DNA of 64,000 bases. Source: Raillietiella orientalis. Taxonomy: Eukaryota. A program made the position numbers and the translations under genes. The notes beneath the pieces are model-generated. The model did no database searches. It worked only from the letters and a program-made list of their open reading frames with translations, and was not told the origin of the DNA. Positions 50,851 to 64,000 of this stretch are shown here, piece after piece. Location: NCBI GenBank assembly GCA_036172245.1, contig JAYWIR010000012.1:1984001-2048000 (forward strand), given 5' to 3'. Within the stretch, counting starts at the first letter, position 1. Each line of letters starts with the position of its first letter.

Positions 50851-52754
50851 ATATAACGTGGAGTCTGCGTTCCTCGTTCTACGAGCCTGTGGGTTATGAA
50901 TGGATCATACGGCAGTATTTATAAAGATGTAAAATGTATCTTGAAACGTGATTACGTACAATATGTATTCTTTGACTTGGAAAAAAAGAAAAAAGACTCA
51001 GCATGCTCATTTATTATTTTACGTAAAGTAAAAAAAAAAAAAAAAAAAAAAAAAGGAAGCTTTTAGAGCTTGCAAACATTTAATCAATCGAAAGTGTTCT
51101 ATAGATTCAGTTCTATCGTTCTCTTCGTTAAGAATGTATGTTCTTGCTCTGTTTCGTTCGCGAAGGCTTGGATAAAATGGAAGGCAACCTGCTTAAATCC
51201 TGTGTTGGTATCCTTTTTGATATAAAAAAATACCTAAACCGACAGTCAAGATGCATATGCAGCGTCCTACGGGACTGATGGACCGCGCTGTACGAATCTC
51301 GCAATTTTTTAGTGCCGTTATAGAATCCGCGTTATGCAGGAGTCTACTGTACTGGTGGATCTTCAGAGTACTGGAAGAAATTGTGCCCATCGTAGTAAAA
51401 AATTATGTGGACAAACGAGGATTAACAAAGTTGCTGTCACTCAAAGGGGGGTCTAAACTGGGAAAACAACAAGAAAAGCTTTTTAGTATAGTCGAGCAGT
51501 ATGGGGGGGGAGAGGAACTGGAAATGAAACTCGAAACATGCAACAAGGTTTTGAGCTCATCGTAGGGCTTATAATTATTTATTCATTAGCTTTTCCTTCA
51601 AAAACTAAATAACTCCCAGTCATCTTATTCAAAAGGCAGGTTAAACTCCTAATGTGACTGGCATACAGGCGATTTTGCCTTGGATATGCGGCTGGGAAAA
51701 ACACTAGAACTAAACACCAAGCCTAGTGTTTTTTTGAATAACAAGGATTGTCAGCAATATTAACGATGGTGCTTCTTTTCCATGAATAGCGCTTTAACTG
51801 TAGCTGCTCCCAAAAGTGCTCAGTGTACAGTACGTGTAAGTACTCGAGATGCAAACGGCTCATCAGATTTTCTCAACAGGAATCAGAGGTACCGAGTAAA
51901 AAAAAAGTAAAAAAGTAAAGTAACAGTAAAAAAAAAAAAAAAAAAAAGGAAAAGAAACCTTGTTTATTGAATGGATGAATTTCGAAATATCGTCGTGTCA
52001 ATTCTTTATAATAGACGTTTCCTAAATCTTTGCGATGTGCTTCATGCCGCAAGTTGCTAAACCCAGCTCTACCTCATGCTAACACTTGAGGAAAAATTGT
52101 AGTAGAATAAGAAGCAGTTGTAAAAGATTAGTTATCACTCGTGTTTGGAATCTTATGACGATCATGTAATGAATGCAATGCCTTTGCAACGAAAGCTAAC
52201 AGCGTGAATTTGCCAAAAATTTACTGCAAGTGCTTAATAAACGATGCAAGCATTTTTCATACATTGGATGCCATTATCTTGCAATCTGTATGATAGCCTA
52301 AGCAAACAAATGTATGAAGAATACAATGGCTGGTAGCAAAGCAGATTTTTACCCATACACTGCTAATTAAAGATATAAAATAATCCAAATACCTAAATTG
52401 TGAAAATTGAAAATTTGCACCTAACCAACGGTGCTAACTAATCAGTAAATTTAAAGCAGTCAGTTGACGTATGAATCCTGCGATCAGATGGTCGAAATGA
52501 TGAAATTATGAATGGAAAAGGAAAACAGACGAACAAACAAATAGATTGAGCAAGTAGATCGGACTTAAGGCAATTTCAATTTATCTTTCGCCGTTCATCT
52601 CGATGAAGGAAGATCAGAATTACGCTGCTCAGCTTGGCAATGTTACGATTGGAGGGTGCAAGTGGATGTGCTGATAGTTGCCAAGTGTAGTGCGGTGTGA
52701 AGTGCGCGCTTCTCTCCTCGTGGAAAGTGCGTAGCAGAGGTGTAGAAGAGTACG

Positions 52755-53114
52755 ATGGCTCCCAGGTCCGGAAGTGGAAAGGCGATGAAGAAGGCTGGTA
52801 AAAACATCACGAAAGGAGACGAGAAGAAACAGCGGAAGAGGAAGGAAAGTTATGCGATCCACACCTACAAAGTGTTGAAGCAGGTGCACCCGGACACGGG
52901 GTATCTCGAGCAAGGCCGTGTCGATCGTGAACAGCTTCGTGAACGACATCTTAGAGCGCATCTGCGACCTCCTGTCACACTACAACAAAATTCTCACGAC
53001 CATCACCAGCCGGAGGTGCAGACGGCGGTGTGCCTCCTGCTGCCTGGGGAGCCGGCCGAGCACGCCGTCTCGGAAGTCACGAAAGTGGTCACCAAGTTCA
53101 CGGGCTCGAAACGA
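52755..53114 (+). pseudogene. H2B: Histone H2B pseudogene
   Basis: [38 protein letters not shown], a +1 G at 52898-52901, [20 protein letters not shown], a short deletion, a -1 shift near 53013, then [33 protein letters not shown] followed by CGA where the stop is expected. Several invariant residues are substituted. Confidence 0.93.
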
Positions 53115-54899
53115 GCACCGCGCAGTTGCTGTCAGCCGCGCCCACCTTGCCCGGCCAAAACATCTTCCAAACCTTTTACTCTAGACATACCAAAGCTGTT
53201 TCACGACTCATGAAATTCGAAAGAATGCTAACGCTCGATGCAGCGTCATCCTACTGTGGAGCTGTAGGATGACGCTGTACCATTTTTTTTTAATAGTGCT
53301 AATTTGTATGTCGCACAGTCAGTAGTACAGTTACGTCTTCGGTCGCAAGTTTCAAAAATATTCATCCTAATTCTAATTTACTCTTCCTTCAAATTGTTTT
53401 GCTCTTTTGAAGAGGAAACAGATTTTTGCCCTCCTCAACAGCACGACCATCTTTTGCTATAACTATTGAGTTGGACTTCACTTGCTTGCGTGCTATCATT
53501 CTCCATGGTAACGGCGCTGGAAATCCAGTCACGGATATCTTTTCAGCTTGGAACCATGAGGTTTGTTCTTCCTGATGCCTTGAACGATCTCTAAGGACCA
53601 CGCTTTCAAAATTGCGCGTCAATGCAGAGTTCGAAGGAACTTCACTTTTTGCTCTCATCGGGAGCTGCTCCGGTGGTTCAGGATGGTTTTTTTTTTTTTT
53701 TTTTCACCTTCCGACGTTACCCGACTCCTCAAATGTGAACTTGGGAAAGGAAACCGATGAACCCCACAGGCTTGAAAACAATCGGCACTACTGGAAGTAG
53801 ATATTCCGTTCTGCGTGGAAGCGTATTTATCGTGGTGGCTGACTGCCTGCGGTTAAAATTACGTCCCTGCATTGTGGTAAGAAGAAGCACTGGTTGCCGG
53901 AAATGTTGTGTTGCATAAGTGCGTTTGCATCCATATCTGTAAGCACCACTGCCGTGACTATGGGGAGCCACCCCTGTCTTGACAGAAGGCCGAAACCTAT
54001 TCTTGTGCTTCAGATTCTGAGGGAAAATGCGTTCAGATCTAGGAAGAACAATTTATTTCACTTCAAATCCCTACGAAGTGTCCGATCCGTAGACGCAGTT
54101 CTCTATCTTAAAGCAAAAATTCAGTGTTCATAAAGTGATGAGCTCATACGTCGTTATCAACCGCCGATGTTCCTTATACTCCCTTCAGTATTTGTATGCA
54201 CGGGGGTCGGGCATGTGTGGATATTCGATGTATTTTTTAGAGGAGATGCATGCCTTTTTTTTATTTTTATTTTTGAATTAATTAGTTTGCGACTCCTTAA
54301 CTGTCACACTGACCATTAAGCTGCACTACGGTAATCATGCTGATAGCGAAAAAAAATCACTGAACAAAAAGTACTGCTACTGATGACAAAGTCATCTGTG
54401 TGAGCAGCTGATGGCACCTCTTTCCTGGTGTTTGTGGGAAAATTGGGACATTCCAACCTGCAGTTATTAGTTGTTGCTTTTTCTTTCACGAAGCAGCACA
54501 CAGTTTACATGAGAGTTTGTCGTTCTTACAGGAATTCTCTCCTTTCGCACGTTTGATTGCCTTCAAGTTGTCGATGCTGCAAAACCTTAGGCGGAAGTGC
54601 GTCCGCTCGTTACCACATGACAGCACCTCGTGCCTTCAGTATATCAAGTGGAATAAAACGAAATTACTTTCCAGATTCTCCTGGTGCTCTCAGATCTGCG
54701 GCGCATCACGCAGATGCATGAGCCATGAATCCTTATGGGGCTTTCTCTGTTCGTCGGTCAGTTCTCAAAACATCCGCAAAACCTCCCATGCTCATTCAAA
54801 CCTATCTTAATTCCGTAATCCAAGATTTATGATGCTGCGGAATGCCCCAGAGGCTTCGCGCTGCTATGCCTTAGTACCCTTTAGAGGATGCCTACTTGA

Positions 54900-55080
54900 A
54901 TTATGAGGTTGAGAGGAGTCGATTTCCTTGTCGGACCAACGAATGTGTTTGGAGGCGGACTCGAATTCCACTCGAGTTGCGTGCAAAAACGGCATCTGCG
55001 GCGGATCACAGTCGGGCAGGCTTGAAAACATGCATCCTCCGAAACAAGGAATCACGGCTTCCTGTGTCATGTTCATCGTC
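54900..55080 (-). mobile_element. Possible Gypsy pol remnant (pre-integrase zinc-finger region)
   Basis: GGCMF...FLHATRV...ASKHIRWSDKEID is loosely like GCL..RVVIP..LH.GH.G...AR.HVWWP..DKEIE. Very degenerate. Confidence 0.25.
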
Positions 55081-55843
55081 GGTCGCACAAATGCTGGCTG
55101 CCTATGAGCACCTTTTGATCTTGGATGAGATGATGACCCTTTGTTCGTCAAGAGTACCACGATGGGCAGGGTGAAGAGCTGTTGGTTTCCCGTGGAATTT
55201 CGCAAAAGAGGGAAGGGCAGACGAAAGAGACGAAAACGTACGAATCGACGCGCTGTGATTACAAAAAACGTTGGGCGAAATGTACGCAAAATTCAACGGA
55301 GAGTTCCTTCGTGCTCAATCGGCCTTGCGTTTTCGTAGGATTTCTGCTGCTGGACACAAATATGAACAGCGAAAGACTCATTTAACTTTTGGGTGGACTA
55401 CCCAAAAGTTATAGAGCTATAACATCTTTGATGCTGACGATGCAGAGCCAAAAGGATGTGTGTGCGCGCCATGATAAGATATGGCATGTTATTAGTACTT
55501 ATCTATGTAAAAAATTTCCAATAAATACAATTCACATTTTTGCATACGCATCAATATATATATATATTGTTTTTTGAAAATTTCCAATCAGAATCATCTA
55601 TTTGTTATTCTAGAATGCGAAGTTTCGCATACACAAATATGTCATAAGCTGATTTACATGTCTCAAAGTTCTGTATCACTCAAGTGAAACATATTGTTTT
55701 CTAAATAACTTTGAAAGTAAACAGCAGCTGTCACTAATAACTGATATGTACTACCCACTCATAAATGGCATTCCAATCCATATTAATGCAATGGTAATGA
55801 TGTTTTTGCTATGAGACCACATGCAAGTTTGCAAACAGTAAAA

Positions 55844-58800
55844 TTATAGCTTGTCTAATATACTGCTGACAAAATGTGCTACTTGCTTCTCTGAAGGCAC
55901 AAATGAAACCATGAAATCATGAGCCAGCAGCTGGCTATAATTGGGACGGAGGGTGTAATTCTTCAGTAAGCTGGTTGCAAACAAGTTAAATTTACCACTA
56001 CATGTTTCACCGTACCATTTGCTAATGAAATCTTGAAATTCCCATGTGAAACAATTTTCTGGCAAACAAGGAGGATCTTCAGTAACCACCTGCTTCAACT
56101 GATCAAAGGGTGTCTTCCAGGAACTATAAGGATACTTTCCTGTTGCAATCTCAATCATAGAAATACCAAGACTCCAAACATCAGATCGAATATCGTATTC
56201 ATTAGGATTGCCTTTGGGATCAATGCGTTCAGGCTAGATCTTTGTCAAATTATGCAAATTAAATAGACTCTCTTACAGCCATATACAGCCTACAGCCTGC
56301 CTCAATGGTTCGAGCAATGGAGTTTTCTAGATATCCAGAAATTCCAAAATCACACAACTTCACCTTCCCTTCCCTGTTTACAAGTATGTTTGATGGTTTG
56401 ACATCACGATGAATGACCTTCAGCTTTTCATGCAAATATTTTAAAGCGCTGACAACCTGTGAAACAATCGTATATCTGGCAGTCAAAACAACACTTACGG
56501 CAAAAGCAATTGATTGCAAAATTATTTCGGGAATCTGTTTCCCTATTCGATAAACTTCTGGGTAAAACTTGTCCAGTGAAGTGTCCATGCATTCCATGCA
56601 AATCCAAACATCCCCTTCCTGAAATAAGGCACCAAAAAATTTGACAGCAAATGGACAGTCAGCAGTCTTCCTATTCACACCAAGATCCATCAAGAGTCTT
56701 TTTCTCTCAACAGTATTCAAAGTGGCAGCGATTCTCTAAGCACAGATAAAATACACTTTAAAATTTTCCACAAAATCATATATATTAAACATAAATGAAC
56801 ATTTAGAAATGTATAGCAAGATGTGTACAGAAATGTATCAAGTGATGCACACATACATAATAACCATATTCAGCATCAAACAATAATATGAAACAAATTC
56901 AATCACTGAGAACTAGAGATGAAAGTTTTACAACTACAGACTTAAAATGCAAGAAAAACAATTCAAGGACTGTGGACACATGCAATGGATGCACTTTCCT
57001 ATATCAAGTCAACTGAAAAGAGGCATTTTTAATAGGTATGCTAGAACAGTTTTCTCAACACTAGCAATGCAATGTTCAAAAGATCAATCTACAAATGACT
57101 AACAAAGCTTATTACCTACTGTAATAACACTATAGCTACGTTACAAAAACACTAGTTCATGGATATAGTCACTTATGAAGATGCTAGATCAGATTGGAAT
57201 CTTTATAATCTACATGCACAGATGGGTATGATTTTTCATTCCAACAATTAACATTCATGAGGCATTGATCAAAGCTCTGATTAGTTTTCACTCATCATAT
57301 AACCTATAATGAATTTGTTTTCTCTGTCAGAATTTTCGATGTAGCTTCAAATTCTTATTCACATATATGACATTAATCTCTTTATTCTCTCCAAATTTGG
57401 AAAAAACAGTCATGCAAAAATCATTAATAAAGATAGGTTCAATCATGCCATCAATGTGTTACTCAAGCTGTACATTCCAACTTCAAAGAAATAACTGTTA
57501 CATCAATACATGTGTGCATGTGTTTTAAATATCTGTACAACATTAAATTCTTTTCATCCAAAAATGACACTCATTTTGAAGAACCATTCATAATTTAGTA
57601 CAATGAAAATCATGTCTGCATGATACACTCAAATCTCAGCATTAATAACAGCAGTAAGCATCACTGTATTTAAATGATTTATATGAACATAAGTCAGATG
57701 GAAACTCAAGCAAAAATATGGTACCACATTGTAAAATGTTATGAGTATTCACTATAATTCCTATTGTTATAATGAGAATACGATCTAAGCATTATGCATG
57801 AACTGAATTCCTTTTAACTTAATTTTTGCAACTTATTTCATCCACCATTTTGCTGTTAGAGATTTAAAACTGAAGTGTTAAATTTGAACATGTATTCTGA
57901 AATCACAATTTTATGCAAGATTCCACTTAAGAATACCAATTTATGAAGGAAACAATACTTTGAGTTATGAACGAATGTTAAAGGAGCAGCTACACACCAA
58001 AGAATTTGCACAAAATTTGAAAGATACAAACATGAACAGAAAGTTAATTTAGGCTGTCCTGTTTTTTCACAAAATTTGAAAAATAAATTGAAAATGAATT
58101 CAAATTAATGAAGAGGCCTATTTTGGATAAAAAGCAGAACATGTGAAGTGGATTCTTCAATGCACACATGCTTTCTGTATTTAAAATACTGATATAAACA
58201 CAGAAGTTTTTTTTTTGATCTCACCTTGACTGCAATTATTCTTCCTGTAGGAACATGCTTCATTTTATCCACAATTCCATATGCTCCCTGTCCTAGTACA
58301 CCAATGAAACTAAGGTCATCCACCGAGATTTCAAATGTCTCGCCTTGAAAGGTTACATTGGTTTTGGTGTCCAGATCTTGATGAGGGACACTAAAACAAA
58401 TATTATATTGAGTAAAAGCATAAGTTGGTAGAAAAATTGTCACTATAGCACAAAAGAAGTAATGGGAATGGTTGAATTCTTCAAAAAATTTCTGTGTGCA
58501 ATCATGTAGACTTATGTTAGTTCGGTCTCAATCTAGAGAGGTATGCTATGACAACTTACAGAATAATCAATTGAATTAGCTCTATTGTTTTTTCGTTTTT
58601 TTTTTTTGGCGGAATACACATTTATTTAGGTATTTTAGTCCTACTATGGAATCTAAAAAATCTGATTTGGCATATCAAGTTGTGAAAATTACTACAGCTT
58701 TTATCAGTGGTATTTATTACTGGAGGAAACTTCCGTTACCAACTAAATGCACACTACACTTTTTAAATCATGGTGGCACGAATACAATCTTATTCAGAGA

Positions 58801-59382
58801 AAAAAGGGGAAAGAAATTCGTACTTGCAATCCATTACAGTAAGAATTAACCACACTCAAGCAACAATTCTGTTATTCCTAGTTTTGATGAAGGCCTTTCA
58901 TGGATAAATTTCAGCACTGCCTTTTGAAAAGCAACTCACTTTGGTTCCCTAGTTTAATCCAGGGCATTCACTGTCACTTCCCTTTGCTACTGTTAACTGG
59001 GGCTCAAAAATTTCAATCACATGATGCCTATTCTTGGTTAATAATCGCCCAAAGGTCAGCTCAAAAATCGTAAATGCTTTTTTCAGCTGAATTTTCCACT
59101 CCACAGTGTGTTCAAAGATAATGCATAATATGGAACCGTTTGCAACCATAAACCCTCAACAACGGTAAGATGCTCTCAGAACGTGCAAGTGGAAAAAAAA
59201 TCAAACGCAATCGGCGGAATCTTTAATACGTAGAAACTTTCTGTTGACAAAGCAAATCATTTGCAAAATTCAAGTTCGTGAAGCAAGGCAGTTCGTGTGG
59301 AAACTTACATGGACACATCCTCGCTGCACGGTGACTTGTTGGTTTCCAATTTTAAATTGTCCTTCCGCTTCTTGGCTGACAT
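55844..59382 (-). CDS. MAP2K6: Dual-specificity MAP kinase kinase, MKK3/MKK6 (p38 pathway; licorne/SEK-1-like), 6 exons
   Basis: Exons: 59382-59309 ([16 protein letters not shown] docking D-site), 58390-58225 ([17 protein letters not shown]), 56735-56499 ([33 protein letters not shown]), 56456-56277 ([32 protein letters not shown]), 56233-56016 ([14 protein letters not shown]), 55970-55844 (RPNY..LL.H.F, TAA). The symbol denotes the MAP2K3/6 family. Confidence 0.95.
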
Positions 59383-61799
59383 CAGCACTTTTTATCACAA
59401 AAACCTCATGTGGTGGAAACTTCCATGACCCGTCCTCACGCACGCGAGCAGCAAAAACCGAAAATTCCCCCTTGTCCGAGACTCCCTTTTACATCATCCT
59501 GGGATCACACTGGGACTGGAATTGAAGGATTCAAGAAAACCAGTACACAGATACCTCGCTCCTTCTACTGATGTGTCTTGACAGAGATCAGATGCTGCAG
59601 CATTGCCTGGTGGGTGAGAAGCTCCCTTATCACTAGATCAGTGCACGGCACGTGCCATGCAGAAGCTGCACCATGCCTGGGCTGGAAAGGTATTCCTGCA
59701 CCCGGGAGATGACACTTCTTGGGCACGGTTTCCTGAGGTACACACGCACGGTGGGCACGGGTACTCAGGCAGGAACCGTGAACGGTTTCTGGGAATAGCA
59801 GCAGCAGACCAGAGCCATAAAAACACCACGGCGAGGAGGAAAGGGGAATCGGCGTCTGGAGAGCCCCGGGAACCTAGGAGGTGGGAGGACCAGCAAACGG
59901 AGGTGCACACTTGAGATGGTTTCCCTACGAAGCGAGAAACAGGAACGGCGGGGAATGGAAAGGGGGGGGGGGGAAGGAAAACAAAAAAACAAAGCTTGCG
60001 AGCGGCTACGTGTTACGTTTCCGCCTGCCAGGGAGGTGTACGTAAGACAGTCTGCTTTCCAGCCTCGTTGCCAGGGAAGGCTCCGTGGTCCCCGTTTCCC
60101 GAGAACCACGGAAGCGCGCGCTGCACCTGCACCTGGCAACGGAATGTGCCCCACCCCCCACCCCACCTCGGCCCCCACCCCCCACCTTCCCGAGAAAAAA
60201 AAAAAAAAAAACGCTTCGACCGTCATTCTTTCCCAGGTCCGGATTGAGATCGTGCAAAGCACCTGGGAAACGGAAACGACCGCGCGTAATACGCTGCCGG
60301 TTTTGTTTGTGGAACTGACGATACTCCCGGAGTCGGACATTCTTCCGTTATGCCTGCAATTCCTTTTAACGTGATGACCGTCTGTGCAGCTTTGCAAATG
60401 CACCCCCACCGCCAAAACTAGTCTTTTGGTGCACATGAGGATTCTGTTTTGCAGATTCATGCAGATTTTGCTTTTTCCCTTCAGTGATGATAGCTGGCGC
60501 GAACGGACTTTTCCAAGAGTCCTCGCAGTGCTCCCTTGTTGCACTATCCTTGCAGTCCTCGTCGCTGAAATCCTTAAAATTTGCTGAAAATGCATGGTGA
60601 TCTTCTGGTCTATTTTATGCGGGAACTTTCGAGATACATCCAGTTATCAATTAACTAATATCTATTAGAACATTCGTATACATTGCTTCATACGACAGAA
60701 GCGTGAGCGTAAAACTTATTATTAGGTGCAATGGGTATAATATAAAGACCGATGTACAACACAGAGCGAGCTACCAAATGGAGATGCCCTCTGAAAGATC
60801 TGTGTGCAGATGAATCTTGGAGAAAAAATTTTCTGGTAAGCAAAAATGGCATAAATAAATTGATTTTTTTTTTTTTCATTTTTGTTTGCAGGTGGCTGGA
60901 ATGTTTCATGTATCTTGAAATTAAATAATTGCAACTACATCAATATAAGGAAGAGTGAAATCTTTTAAGAACAAGGTATCCTATTCGGAAGAAAAATTTG
61001 GTCATAAGTTTCTCACTTGAGAAGCCCTCAAAAGACTGAAGTCAAGAATTTGCCACCAATAGAAGGAATCAATGACACTTCAGCCATTTTTAGGGTTTTT
61101 TTTTTTTTCTTTGTATAACCCGCGCAGCCATCTTTTGCAGATAACAAGGGCTTTCTGTACTGAAAAAGTCATAATTCATGTTACGTTTTTCTACATGACA
61201 TGTCATTTTACGAATTTGAGCAGAAGTAAGAGTACTGAGGAAATTTATCAAAAGAAGCATTTACTTTAAGGAACTTGGATGGGTTTTCTGAAGGGAGCCA
61301 TTTTTAAAGAAATGAATCTTGGATTCCTGTGCTTAATCACCGAAATTGAGTTTCTTTATTAAAGATGTAAACATTTCCGAACGGTAGAGGATAAATACTC
61401 ATAAATTATATTTTCATTTTAAATAAAGAACAAGAACGCTCACGAAATCACTTGAGAATATTTTGAATGTATCTGCTAAGCCTGTCTTTTAAGTTCCAAA
61501 CATGAAATGGTAAACAGGATTCATCCGCATGCATTTAAATTTCTTATGATAGAAAGTGTTTTCGTTAATCCTCCATACAAATTCCACGGGTATTTCCAGC
61601 AAAAGCTCCCCATTGCAGGCTCAGAAAGCAAAAACTTCGACCCAATTAAAAAGCAGTTATTCCGTAATTGCTAGGTCACTTCATACGATGCCTCCTCTTG
61701 GCTGTCCCTGGCTTCTCTGAGGGAGGGCAGCACGGGGGCAAGGGGGGTGAATGAGGCCCACAAAAGCTTTTGCGGGTTGGATACGATCTCTCGCAGGGG

Positions 61800-62380
61800 C
61801 TAGCCAGCGTTCCTGCCTCGACGAAGGCAGAAGTCCACCTCGCTGGAGCCGTTGATTTTTGCCCACGTGAAAACGGACTCCTGGAGCCAGGTAGTCCAGT
61901 TTGCGGGGCTGCAGGAGATCCAAGGGTTGCTCCTCACCAGGGCCACCAATTCACGTAGCTGTGAACCACAATGGGACAGTCTGACGTCGTTGGCTACGAG
62001 AGCTGAAGTCAGTCCATCGCAGCCGGTTGCTCTGTGGGCGAGGAGTCTTATGGGCGCACACCATGGTGCTGTCCAATATTTTGCCGCGAAGGCAAGTTTT
62101 CTTAGTTGGAGCTGACGCTCCATGCGCTCCAACGTCAGGATACCAAGTCCACCGTCCCTGCGTGGAGCGCACATATCGTTAAGTCTGACGCGGGGCCTCT
62201 GGTTATCCCAAAGGGCTTTCCTGATGAGGCCTCTTGTCCGTGTCCTAATTTGGAGAGGGGCGGGGCACACAAAAAGTAGAGGGCGAAGGAGGGGGGCCGC
62301 AAAGGCGTTCCACACCGCGCCCGTTCCCGCAAGTAAAACTTGCTGTCCCGGAACCGGCCGATCGCTAACTCCACCTTTTG
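61800..62380 (-). mobile_element. Tx1/L1-clade LINE ORF2 fragment (RT thumb region)
   Basis: RFRDSKFYLRERAR / frameshift / VWNAFAAPLL..CPAP...IRKALWDNQRPRVRLNDMCAPRRDGGLGILTL, the typical FLW.G...V....L..P...GGLG segment. Confidence 0.75.
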
Positions 62381-63012
62381 AAGACGGTCGGACGAGGCTT
62401 CATAACTCTGAAAGAAAAGAGCAGTCTATAAAAAAAAGGAAAGCTGCAGAAGAGCCTTTCTGATTAACACACTAATTTTTGTGGTAAGAACATTCCCGAG
62501 AAGGGTGGTTCCTTGATAAGCACCATCTCTTATCGTGTGCTCTCATGAAGAATAACACTACTGTCACAGTGAAATCATCGAACAAGTGGTTACCGCAGGC
62601 ATCGCTGAAGTAACGGTCAAGCACATGACACAAAGATGTTCTTGATTCACAATACAGTGACAGAATACACCTCCTGGATTTTGGACACCAAACTTCAAGT
62701 TTTCTTAAGTTAAGCTACAAGACCTCTGATTCAGACAACCACCACCAATTGCGGGTGGTAGTCTTCACATCTGCTTGGACAGCTCCATGCTTTTTCGCGC
62801 ACTCCAGCACACGGCCCACACTTAGTTTGTGCACCAAGTATTCTCATGTAATCATCAACGAAACTATGCTCCTGCTGTCGGTGCCTCCTTGGAGTGCTCA
62901 GTGTGGCGCGGTACGATCGAGAGATCTCGCGCCTCATCCTGAAGTGTGATACCCTTCTGTAGCTTGGAAAGAGTTCGTTTCTTTGCCATAGTTAGGCTCG
63001 CCACGTCCCAAA

Positions 63013-63900
63013 GTGGCGACGACTCTGTGGTGCCTCAGGCATTCCCGTGGTAGCACGTCTGAGGGCAAAACTCCAAGGAGAAAAGGATGCAATACTTTTG
63101 CCGACTGCCATGGTGGTGCACTGAACCAGCCAGGGGCTTCTCCTGACCGAGAAAAACATGAAAGACATCGCACTACCTTCGGCATAAGAGCACTGCAGAG
63201 AGAGCACACGTGACAATCCCTCAGTCAAGGGAGAGCCTTGCAGTGCGTGGGCACGCATCACGCCTCAAGCTCCTTCCTCACGAACGGAGACTACCTGAGG
63301 TTCCAGGACTACAGATTCATCCACCCAACCCGGCTAAACGTCCTACCAATCAGGGTCGGGACCAGGGTGGAAGCAGAGGGACGCTCACTTCGGCACTGCC
63401 GGACGGAAGAAAAAACTCTGCCTCGCATCTAGAACCGATGCAAGAAGCACTTTCGTCTGTCCACTGGGCGACATGACGCGATCCAGGAGATGACCAGGAT
63501 GGCTGCGGTGGATGAGGCAAAGTGGACTCTAGTGTCCACCAGCCAGAGAGCTCCAGGAACGGAATCCCTCCTGAGAACAGATCTAGTACTGAGGAAAGGA
63601 CATCGAACAGTAGTGCCGGACATCTGCTGCCCGTTCGATGGTGGGAAAGAGGCGTCCAGCACAGCTAGGAGGGACAAGCTGGAAAAATATAAGGGAGTAT
63701 CCCTCCCGCTAAGCAAGGAAGGGAAGCAATGCAGGGTACATGCTCTCATCATTGGTTCACTGGGATCCAGATAACGAGGAAGTGCTCCAGGATCTTGAAG
63801 TTCCTGAAAAGCACTCGGACAGGATGAGGCACCGGATGGTGGTTTCGTGCCTCTGGTACCCCAAGGACACCTACGCAGCCCACGTCACGGGAGGAACAGC
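63013..63900 (+). mobile_element. Utopia/NeSL-like RLE non-LTR retrotransposon, 5'-truncated and decayed 3' part
   Basis: One frame with stops at 63211, 63430 and 63772: SQGRALQCV..ASSSFLTNGDYLRFQDYRFIHPTRLNVLP, a decayed CCHC (RHC..EKTLPRI*NRC), RHDAI, LRTDLVL..DICCPFD..ARRDKLEKY, IIGSLG. After a frameshift: DPDNEEVL..MR..VVS..KDTYAAHVTG. Confidence 0.88.
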
Positions 63901-64000
63901 ACGAGAAACGGAAACTCAGATACAGCCGGAAAATCCCAGTGATCAGTTCTCGCGGGACGGAGGACAAGACATCGAGGAAGCTGCATCAGGTCAGTGCATC

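Noticed and set aside
58938..59149. Alternative MAP2K first exon ending at a gtgagt donor near 58939
   Set aside because: Has a stop in the phase required by exon 2; exon 59382-59309 fits the phase and carries the docking motif.
59590..59800. LINE zinc-finger-like KLP...CRSC..PGLE upstream of MAP2K
   Set aside because: Too degenerate; the His/Cys ligands are not recoverable.
1..64000. CRISPR arrays, operons, rRNA, tRNA or snRNA genes
   Set aside because: None recognised; the DNA is intron-containing and eukaryotic, and the 48.9-kb array lacks identical repeats.

Overview
Eukaryotic (invertebrate-type metazoan) genomic DNA, not prokaryotic, so most ORFs in the track are single exons or GC-driven noise. 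Four spliced genes could be reconstructed by hand: a secreted S1A serine protease (minus, 6207-13995) with an atypical S1 pocket; a p107/p130-like retinoblastoma-family gene (minus, 18779-22786); a large RCC1-repeat gene resembling claret/GLO-4 (plus, 27041-47294); and an MKK3/6-type MAP2K (minus, 55844-59382). The window also holds a decayed histone H2B copy and several degraded transposons (Utopia/NeSL-like, Tx1/L1-like, and weaker R2-group, Gypsy and hAT remnants). The DNA is compositionally mosaic: a very GC-rich block (1 to ~15.7 kb), CpG-poor AT-rich gene bodies, and CpG-rich intervals. Minimal introns are only 40-57 nt. I found no convincing novel multi-gene system. The best leads are the protease S1 pocket, the propeller-RCC1-RING architecture, a CpG boundary inside one gene, and an unexplained in-frame hairpin repeat array at ~48.9-49.15 kb. 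All family calls come from motif recognition by eye; no search was run.
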